Shown one piece after another: positions 6,430 to 12,927 of a stretch of DNA of 12,927 nt. Both the position numbers and the translations under genes were made by a program. The stretch lies in NCBI GenBank assembly GCA_046262595.1, contig JBHEMM010000014.1, positions 1 through 12,927 of the forward strand, written 5' to 3'. Positions within the stretch are counted from its first letter, which is position 1. Each line of letters begins with the position of its first letter. The notes beneath the pieces are model-generated. The model worked only from the letters and a program-made list of their open reading frames with translations, did no database searches and was not told the DNA's origin. The DNA comes from Vulcanimicrobiaceae bacterium (GTDB taxonomy: Bacteria > Vulcanimicrobiota > Vulcanimicrobiia > Vulcanimicrobiales > Vulcanimicrobiaceae).

Positions 6430-9400
6430 TTGAACCTCGCAATGCTCGGCCTGCGCCACCAGAAGACGCTTGCGTTCCTGGTGGCGATTTTGGCACTGCT
6501 CGGTGTCTGGGCGTACACCGCGACGCCCGCCTCAATCTTTCCCGACATGTCGTTCGCGCGTATCGACGTCGTCGCAGACGCCGGCAACCTTCCGCCGGAG
6601 CAAGTACGCGTCGCGGTCGCGGCGCCGCTGCAGCGCGCCTTTCTGGGCTTGCCGTCGGTCACGCGCGTCATGACGACCTCGTCCCAAGGCAGCGCCGAGT
6701 TGATCGTCAGTTTCGATCCGTCTACCGACGTGCGTTTCGATCTGCAGTACGTCAATCAAGCGATCTCCCAGGCGCGCGCGGCGCTGCCTGCCGATGTTGC
6801 CGTCAACGCCGTCATCGTCAATCCCAACAGCGAGCCCGTCGTCTCGTTCGCACTGGTCGCGCACGGGTTTTCACAAACCGTCCTGCGCGAGCTCGCTCAG
6901 CAGACGCTGCTACCGCAGTTCTACGGGATTCCGGGGCTTGCGCGAATGCTGCTCGTGGGGGGACCGGCGCGCGAATACCACATTACGCTCGATCCGGCGG
7001 CGCTGAGCTCGTACGGACTATCGGCCCAGGACGTCTCACGCGCAATCGCGGACGCGAATACCGTTACAGCCGTCGGTGTTCGCCAGCAATACTATCAGCG
7101 CAATATCATTCTCGTGGACGCGCGTCTGCGCGATCCGTCGGCAATCGGCCGCATCTTGGTTCCCGTTCCGGGAAAGAGCCCGGTCAGCGTGAGCGCGCTC
7201 GGTACAGTCAGTCTTGGCGTTGAGCCGTTGACGGTACAGATGAGTTACGACGCGCAGCACGCCGTCTCAATCAATTTTTACGGGCTGCCGGGCGCCGATG
7301 CGGTGAAGATGGCGGCAGCGGTCAAGGCGAAGATGGACCGCATTGCGCGCGGATTGCCCACGGGCGTGAATGTATACCGGTATTGGGACCAAACCGATTT
7401 GGTGGTCGATTCGCAAAAGAGCCTGCGCGATGCGATCGTCATTGGCGCACTGCTGGCCGTCCTCGTCATTTTGCTGTTCCTGCGCAACCTGCGCATGACG
7501 CTCGTCGCCGCCATCGTGATCCCGATCGCGATGGCCATTTCGATCTTCGTGATCAATCGCGCCGGGCAAACGCTCAATCTCATGAGCGTGGGCGGATTGG
7601 CCGTTGCGGTCGGCCTAATCATCGACGACGCGATCGTCGTGGTGGAAAATATCGCACGTAACTTGCATCAGTATCCCGCCATGCGCAAGATGGACGCGAT
7701 CGTGCTCTCGATGGGCGAACTCTCGGCGCCGATGGCCGCCTCCACGTTTACCACCGTGGTCGTGTTCGTGCCGCTGCTGCTGCTTTCGGGGGTGAGCGGA
7801 TTCTTTTTCCGCGCGCTGGCGCTCACGTTGGCCTCCTCCCTCATCGTATCGCTCTGCTTGGCACTCTTCGTCACGCCGCTGCTTGCATCGTGGCTGATGC
7901 CTCAGACCCGCGTACACAAAGACGACACGGGACTCATCGCGCGCCTGCTCGCGCGGTACGAACCACTCCTGCGTTGGACGCTCGCGCATCGCGCAGCCGT
8001 ATACGCCGCTTCCACCGTCGTGCTCATCGTGACATTCGTGCTGCTTGCGCGTCTGCCCAGCGACTTTTTACCGCATCTGGACGAGGGGCAGTTCGAAGTG
8101 CGATACTCCATGCCCGTCGGGACCACAATCGGAGCGAGCGATGCCGCTGCGACAACACTCGAGCGCATTGCTACGCACGATCCGGCCGTGCTCTCGGTCG
8201 GCCGCTTCACCGGTATCGACACGAACGGCTATTCACCGACGCCGGTGCGCACTGGGACCATTCGCATTCGGCTGAAACCGCAAAGCAGCCGCCAGCCGTA
8301 CGAAGTGGTCAGCGATCGCCTGCGCGCCGAATTTTCTTCCGCGGTGCCCGCCGCGCAGTTCGACTTCCATCAAATCCTTGAAGACATGATCAACGATCTT
8401 TCCGGCGCGCCCTCGCCGATCGAAGTAACGCTCAGCGGTGTCGACCAGCAGCAACTGGTAAAACTCGCAAACGGCTTAGCAGGGCGGATTGGAAAAGTCC
8501 CGGGCATTGCCGACGTCTTCTCCGGGGTAACCTATGACGATCCGTCGCTGCGCCTCAATCCGAACGGGTCACGGCTGGCTGCGCTGAATATCACGGCGGC
8601 CGACTTGGGCTCGGCGGTGCAGGCGGCTTCACAGGGCGACGTTGCGACGAGCATTTCTGGTCCGCTCAACCTCGTGCCGGTGCGCGTCAGCTTGCCTGGC
8701 AGCAGCACGGACTTTGGTTCGATGCTGCTGCCGACGGCGAACGGTCCGGTCGCTCTAGGCTCCGTTGCAAACGTGCAGTCCGATCGTCTCTCCACCGACA
8801 TCACCGAGATCAACGGCGAACATGTCATGAATCTGAGCGCCAACTACGGCGGCGCAAATCTTTCCACCGTCGTCGCAGGCGTGAACCGCGCAATCGCCGA
8901 TGCGCATCTGCCGCCGGGCTACAATGCGTCCATCGGCGGCGCGTACCGCGCGCAGCAGCAATCGTTCCGTGAGTTTTTCGAGGTTATCGTTATCGCCGTT
9001 GCGCTGGTCTATTTCGTGATGCTGGCGACGTTTCAGTCGTTCCGGCTGCCGCTCGTTATTCTCACCGCCATTCCACTGGCGCTCATCGGCGTTGCAGCGG
9101 CGCTTTTCCTGACCGGCACGCCGTTCAACGTATCGTCGTTCATGGGTCTGCTGCTGCTCGTAGGCCTGATCGTCAAGAACGGCATCTTGCTGATCGATGT
9201 TGCGAACCGCAGGCGCCGTGAAGGGGCACCTGTCCAGCAGGCGCTGGTCGATGCCGGGCGCACGCGGTTGCGGCCAATCGTCATGACGACATTCGCTGCG
9301 ATCGGCGGTTTGCTGCCGCTCGCATTCGGGATCGGCGCAGGATCGGCTATGGAACAACCCCTGGCAATAGCCGTTATCGGCGGCCTTTCGACGGCGACGA

Positions 9401-9465
9401 TCTTTACGCTGGTCGTCATCCCCGTGCTTTATGCCGGTATTGCGGGAAAACGGCAGTTCGTATGA
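6430..9465 (+). CDS. RND efflux transporter permease subunit (AcrB/CzcA superfamily), about 1011 aa
   Basis: Duplicated TM + large periplasmic loop + multi-TM topology; LNLMSVGGLAVAVGLIIDDAIVVVENI (TM4), VGLIVKNGILL (TM10), RLRPIVMT (TM11), QPLAIAVIGGL. TTG start at 6430; ATG 6442 is an alternative. Confidence 0.96.
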   Translation: MNLAMLGLRHQKTLAFLVAILALLGVWAYTATPASIFPDMSFARIDVVADAGNLPPEQVRVAVAAPLQRAFLGLPSVTRVMTTSSQGSAELIVSFDPSTDVRFDLQYVNQAISQARAALPADVAVNAVIVNPNSEPVVSFALVAHGFSQTVLRELAQQTLLPQFYGIPGLARMLLVGGPAREYHITLDPAALSSYGLSAQDVSRAIADANTVTAVGVRQQYYQRNIILVDARLRDPSAIGRILVPVPGKSPVSVSALGTVSLGVEPLTVQMSYDAQHAVSINFYGLPGADAVKMAAAVKAKMDRIARGLPTGVNVYRYWDQTDLVVDSQKSLRDAIVIGALLAVLVILLFLRNLRMTLVAAIVIPIAMAISIFVINRAGQTLNLMSVGGLAVAVGLIIDDAIVVVENIARNLHQYPAMRKMDAIVLSMGELSAPMAASTFTTVVVFVPLLLLSGVSGFFFRALALTLASSLIVSLCLALFVTPLLASWLMPQTRVHKDDTGLIARLLARYEPLLRWTLAHRAAVYAASTVVLIVTFVLLARLPSDFLPHLDEGQFEVRYSMPVGTTIGASDAAATTLERIATHDPAVLSVGRFTGIDTNGYSPTPVRTGTIRIRLKPQSSRQPYEVVSDRLRAEFSSAVPAAQFDFHQILEDMINDLSGAPSPIEVTLSGVDQQQLVKLANGLAGRIGKVPGIADVFSGVTYDDPSLRLNPNGSRLAALNITAADLGSAVQAASQGDVATSISGPLNLVPVRVSLPGSSTDFGSMLLPTANGPVALGSVANVQSDRLSTDITEINGEHVMNLSANYGGANLSTVVAGVNRAIADAHLPPGYNASIGGAYRAQQQSFREFFEVIVIAVALVYFVMLATFQSFRLPLVILTAIPLALIGVAAALFLTGTPFNVSSFMGLLLLVGLIVKNGILLIDVANRRRREGAPVQQALVDAGRTRLRPIVMTTFAAIGGLLPLAFGIGAGSAMEQPLAIAVIGGLSTATIFTLVVIPVLYAGIAGKRQFV

Positions 9466-10682
9466 TTGCGGCAGTTATCTTCGCGGCGCTCATGAGCGCA
9501 CCGAAAGAGTTCGGCGCTTTGCCGCTGCCGGCGGCCGTGCAAGACGCGGTCGCAAACTCGCCCGACGTCGAACAAGCACGCCAGCACGTCAACGAATCGG
9601 CCTCCCTTCTTGCGGCGGCCCGCAGCGGCGCCGCTCCGGCACTGATCGCAAATTACGCGCAAGCGCCGCAAGGCGGCAACAAGAACAATACGATCACTCA
9701 GCGGCTAACGACCGTGGGCGCGCAAGTCACGGTCGGCGATTATCTCATCCGCGCACCGCTCACGCGGCAGGCGGAGTTCGCCTTGGATCAAGCGCGTTTC
9801 GATCTGATCGCCGCGGAGCACACCGAGCGCGTAAAAGCTATCGGCTTGTACTATTCGGCATTGCGTGCTTGGGCGACGCTGCAGTTGCGCCGCACGGACG
9901 ATGCGGGCGCCGGCGCCGATCTGCGTGCCGCGCAGATTCGCTTTAAAGCCGGTGACGCACCGCGGCTCGACGTCGTGCGCGCGCAAGTTGCGCTGGCCGG
10001 CGCACAAGCCGCGCTCGATGGGGCGCAGGTCGAGGTTGAAAACCGGTACCGCGCCCTCGAAGTAGAAACCGGCACGTCATCCTCGACGCTCGTACGTATC
10101 GGGCTCGCACCGCGGGCACTGCCTGAAGCGATCGACCCGCATCGTGCCGTCACGCGAGCCCTGGCATTCCGCGGCGATCTATCATCGGCAAATGCCGCGG
10201 TGAAGAGCGAATTGGCAGCCGTCGCCGCGGCGGATCGCGGCGTGCTGCCGTCGGTGACCGTCAACGCGGGATATACACGGGGCGTCGATTCGGGCATTAC
10301 GGTCGGCGGTCCGTCGGCCAACGTGAATTTGACGCTCCCCGTTTCGCATGCCGCCTCGTACCGCGCGCAAAGCGAGCGTTTCCGGATGGCCGCCGCACAA
10401 GCGCGCGTCGAATCGATTAAACGGCAGATCGCCGTGGAAACCGGCGCCGCTGCGCGCACGTATGCCGAAAGCATTCGCGCGGCGCACTCGGCCGCGCAGG
10501 CGCGCGCCGCTGCAGACGAAGAACTCCGTGCAACGCAAACGGGATATCGAAACGGTGCGAGTTCCAGTTTGGATGTCGCCGACGCGCGCCGCACGTACGT
10601 TACCGCGGCCTTGAACGAACTCGACGCGGTATATGCGCAGGCGCAATCCGCCGCACTGTTGGAAATGGAGATGGAGCCGTGA
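9462..10682 (+). CDS. TolC-family outer-membrane efflux channel
   Basis: Two OEP-like repeats: AVQDAVANSPDV...RFKAGDAPRLDVVRAQV and ALAFRGDL...LPSVTVNAGY...GYRNGASSSLDVADARR; ATGA overlap with the RND gene. Confidence 0.92.
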   Translation: MIAAVIFAALMSAPKEFGALPLPAAVQDAVANSPDVEQARQHVNESASLLAAARSGAAPALIANYAQAPQGGNKNNTITQRLTTVGAQVTVGDYLIRAPLTRQAEFALDQARFDLIAAEHTERVKAIGLYYSALRAWATLQLRRTDDAGAGADLRAAQIRFKAGDAPRLDVVRAQVALAGAQAALDGAQVEVENRYRALEVETGTSSSTLVRIGLAPRALPEAIDPHRAVTRALAFRGDLSSANAAVKSELAAVAAADRGVLPSVTVNAGYTRGVDSGITVGGPSANVNLTLPVSHAASYRAQSERFRMAAAQARVESIKRQIAVETGAAARTYAESIRAAHSAAQARAAADEELRATQTGYRNGASSSLDVADARRTYVTAALNELDAVYAQAQSAALLEMEMEP

Positions 10683-11824
10683 TCGCGCGAAGGTTTTGGC
10701 CGCTTGCGGCGCTCGCACTGCTTGGCGCGTGCACGGGCGGTTCGCAGGCACCGCACGACACGCAGCCCTCCGTCGAAGTGACGACCGTCAAGCCAGGCGT
10801 TTACGCGGAACGTATAACCGCCGTGGGACGGATCGGCGATCCTGGCGGGACCGAAGCAAAACTGGCGTTCGCCGAGCCCGGCATACTCCGCTCCGTACTC
10901 GTGCACATCGGGGCGCGCGTTTCGGCCGGCGAGCCACTCGCGCAATTGGATACGGGCGGACTGTCGCTCTCGGCATCGCAAGCGCAGGCGGACGCCCGCG
11001 CCGCCGCCGCCAACGCCCAGCAGTCCGCCGTAGATAGAACGAGCACGCGCATTGCGGTTGACGAAGCCGCGCTGCGCCGCCAACAGGCCTTGTATGCTGC
11101 CGGAGTTGCCGCGCTAAAAGACGTGCAGGCGGCGCATGCACAGGTTGCACAAGACCGTGCCGACGCCGCAAGCGCGCACGCACAGGTGTTTGGAACGAGC
11201 GCGCAATTGCAGAGCGCAGAAGATCGCGCGGCCCTAGCGCAGCGCGATTTGGCGAACGGCACGCTCCGCGCGCCGGCGGACGGCGTCGTTACCGCGATTT
11301 TCAAACGTGAAGGCGAAGCGGTCGATACGAGCACGCCTGTCATCGGCTTAGGCGCCGCGAGCACCGGCACGGTGACGCTTGCCGTGCCCGCTTCGGACGC
11401 GGCGCGCGTTCACGTAGGTTCGGCTGTTGAGCTTTCGATTCCGGGCACGTCGCTGCACGGCAACGGACGGGTCAGCGGTGTATCGCCTGCAGTCGATGCC
11501 GCCACGCAGACCGCAACCGTCGTTGTCGCCGGCATTCCAAGCGGAGCGCCGGCAGGAAGCGCCGTGCAGGCGATGGTCGACATTGCGCGGGCGCACGGGA
11601 TCGTCATTCCGCAGTCTGCAGTGGTTCAAGATCCGCAAAGCGGAGCGACGCTCGTCTTCGTGCGTACGCGCGCACAGAACGGCGAGGTAAGGTTTACCCA
11701 GCGCGACGTGCGTGTCGATAAACAAAACGGCGGACAAGCGCTGATCGGTTCAGGCTTGCACCCCGGCGAGGTTATCGCGACACAAGGAGCGTTTGCTTTA
11801 CTTGCACCCGCGGGCGGCGGCTAG
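10679..11824 (+). CDS. RND periplasmic adaptor (membrane fusion protein), predicted lipoprotein
   Basis: Lipobox LALLGAC after MIARRFW; split lipoyl-like motifs (VLVHIGARVSAGEPLAQLD / LRAPADGVV..REGEAV) around an Ala/Gln-rich hairpin; SPAVDAAT, IVIPQSAVV, SGLHPGEVIATQGA. GTGA overlap with the TolC gene. Confidence 0.94.
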   Translation: MIARRFWPLAALALLGACTGGSQAPHDTQPSVEVTTVKPGVYAERITAVGRIGDPGGTEAKLAFAEPGILRSVLVHIGARVSAGEPLAQLDTGGLSLSASQAQADARAAAANAQQSAVDRTSTRIAVDEAALRRQQALYAAGVAALKDVQAAHAQVAQDRADAASAHAQVFGTSAQLQSAEDRAALAQRDLANGTLRAPADGVVTAIFKREGEAVDTSTPVIGLGAASTGTVTLAVPASDAARVHVGSAVELSIPGTSLHGNGRVSGVSPAVDAATQTATVVVAGIPSGAPAGSAVQAMVDIARAHGIVIPQSAVVQDPQSGATLVFVRTRAQNGEVRFTQRDVRVDKQNGGQALIGSGLHPGEVIATQGAFALLAPAGGG

Positions 11825-11827
11825 ACG

Positions 11828-12748
11828 TTACCGGTAGACGAACCCCTGAACGAAGTCTCCGGATGGCGTTCCCCAGACCACCCAGAAGCGGCCGGTTTTG
11901 AAGTCGACGCCGACCGTGTGCATACCGCGCGCGACTTTGCGGATGCCGACTTCGACGGGCGCGCGCTTTCCGGCCACTTTATACAGCACCAAACTGCTGT
12001 TTGCCGCACAGGCGAGCATGTGGCGAGCGTCGTCGAACGTGCACTGATCCACCCGCGCCGGCATCGATACCGTCGCCAGATGTTTGCCGCGGAGCGTGTA
12101 TAAGCTGAGTTTACCCTTACCGCCGACCAGCAGCGTGCCGTCGTCGATATCGATTTGCAGCGGGTGATTGTTTGCGATCTCCGGTGTGGGAATCGTGCGC
12201 ACCACTTTGAGCGTCTTGGGATCGACGACCGCAATTTCGCTGTTCGTAGCGATGTTTTGATAGACGACGTGCGTCTTGGGATCGATAGCCAAGTACTCCG
12301 GCTTATGCCCTGGCAGCGCGACGGTGCCGATCTGCTTGAATGTTCGCGAATCAATGACGAAGATGCGCGTACCGTCGTCCTCGTCCCCATAGATCCGGTG
12401 CAGCTTCGGGTCGTATGCGATTGCGTCAACGTGTCCGGCGACGGCAACGCGGTGCACTTCCTTCATCGCTACCGGATCGACCTCGGAGATCGCGTTATTG
12501 TCCCCATCGCCGGTGAACACATGACCATCGGCCGCATCGACCGCGACGCCGGCCACTCCTCCGGGACCTCCGCCAAGGTGCACTTGTCCAAGCACCTTGC
12601 CGGTGTCCGCATCGACGATCAACAGCGACGAGTTTCCGCCGTGGCCGGCGTACACGCGCCGTCGCGCGGCATCCGCCGTAACGTAGTCAAAGCCGTGCCG
12701 TGCCGTCGTCGAAACGGGCTGCGGCGGAACGAACGGAAGAATGAGCAC
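11828..12748 (-). CDS. YncE/YVTN-like beta-propeller repeat protein (306 aa)
   Basis: Repeats of about 40-42 aa of the form (hydrophobic)D....(VY/IY/VF)......(I/L).V(I/V)D..T.K....(V/I), e.g. GFDYVTADAARRRVY, VDAIAYDPKLHRIY, PEYLAIDPKTHVVY. Start placed at GTG 12748 behind the SD-like GAAAGGGA; the ORF-track extension to 12904 overlaps the upstream gene in another frame. Confidence 0.85.
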   Translation of the reverse strand: MLILPFVPPQPVSTTARHGFDYVTADAARRRVYAGHGGNSSLLIVDADTGKVLGQVHLGGGPGGVAGVAVDAADGHVFTGDGDNNAISEVDPVAMKEVHRVAVAGHVDAIAYDPKLHRIYGDEDDGTRIFVIDSRTFKQIGTVALPGHKPEYLAIDPKTHVVYQNIATNSEIAVVDPKTLKVVRTIPTPEIANNHPLQIDIDDGTLLVGGKGKLSLYTLRGKHLATVSMPARVDQCTFDDARHMLACAANSSLVLYKVAGKRAPVEVGIRKVARGMHTVGVDFKTGRFWVVWGTPSGDFVQGFVYR

Positions 12749-12764
12749 GATGAGTCCCTTTCTG

Positions 12765-12926
12765 CTAAAAAAACAAGCTCTTCGGCTTGGCGGGAACTTC
12801 CGTAAACGCCATCGGCCGATCCCACCAATCGTGTTTGCGCCAACGCAATTGTTCGGAAGTTGGCGGCGCGGGCAGTTTCTCTTGCAGTGCGGTCTCGTAT
12901 GCAACCAGGTAGCGGTCGATCATCCG
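12765..12926 (-). CDS. 3' end of a probable GT-B (GT4-like) glycosyltransferase; 5'-truncated by the window edge
   Basis: Not in the ORF track. Hand translation: RMIDRYLVAYETALQEKLPAPPTSEQLRWRKHDWWDRPMAFTEVPAKPKSLFF*, TAG at 12767-12765. RMxDxYxxxY resembles the terminal helix of GT4 enzymes. The stop is 16 bp before the propeller start. Only 53 residues are visible. Confidence 0.5.
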   Translation of the reverse strand, partial: RMIDRYLVAYETALQEKLPAPPTSEQLRWRKHDWWDRPMAFTEVPAKPKSLFF

Positions 12927-12927
12927 G

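Noticed and set aside
9851..11083. 410-aa minus-strand ORF opposite the TolC and MFP genes (similarly 4144-4872 and 5432-6073 opposite the two-component genes)
   Set aside because: Ala/Arg/Ser-rich shadow frames lying over well-supported genes on the other strand, with no recognisable domain.
6430..11824. Assigning the symbols cusA/czcA/acrB, tolC/czcC or czcB to the pump genes, and cusRS to the two-component pair
   Set aside because: Family membership is clear but orthology and substrate are not; the motifs are mixed and the gene order is non-canonical.
12795..12820. Minus-strand GCCGATGGCGTTTACGG, superficially like the 5' end of a fluoride riboswitch, upstream of the propeller gene
   Set aside because: It lies within the upstream coding frame (RPMAFTE), and I could not find the downstream pseudoknot-pairing segment.
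12749..12904. ORF-track N-terminal extension of the propeller (MHTRPHCKRNC...)
   Set aside because: It overlaps a more protein-like reading frame ending at 12765, and an SD-like GAAAGGGA precedes GTG 12748.
1..12927. Mobile element, prophage, CRISPR array, tRNA or rRNA
   Set aside because: No transposase or integrase motifs, terminal repeats, regularly spaced repeats or structured-RNA-sized gaps; the largest intergenic spaces are about 40 bp.

Overview
A GC-rich, densely packed bacterial chromosomal window with no mobile element, RNA gene or CRISPR array visible. From left to right: the 3' end of a ZnuB/MntB-type metal ABC permease (+, not in the ORF track). Next is a minus-strand pair: a cytoplasmic GH5-like glycoside hydrolase and an SDR oxidoreductase carrying a Pro-rich linker and an unexplained 83-aa C-terminal domain that looks like a winged helix. 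Divergent across only 38 bp is a long + strand run: purE, purK, an OmpR-family response regulator, a sensor kinase with no HAMP domain, a small exported PepSY protein, an RND permease, a TolC-family channel and a lipoprotein adaptor. Converging on this from the right are a YncE/YVTN-like beta-propeller gene and the 3' end of a probable GT4 glycosyltransferase (not in the ORF track). The best candidate for an undescribed system is the two-component + PepSY + RND/TolC/MFP module, possibly with the beta-propeller. Its promoter can be read from the DNA: three (T/C)CAT repeats at 11-bp period, 10 bp before a TAnnnT -10 box, which lies 6 bp before the PepSY ATG (pho-box geometry, probably leaderless). 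Family calls rest on motif recognition by eye; no searches were run.
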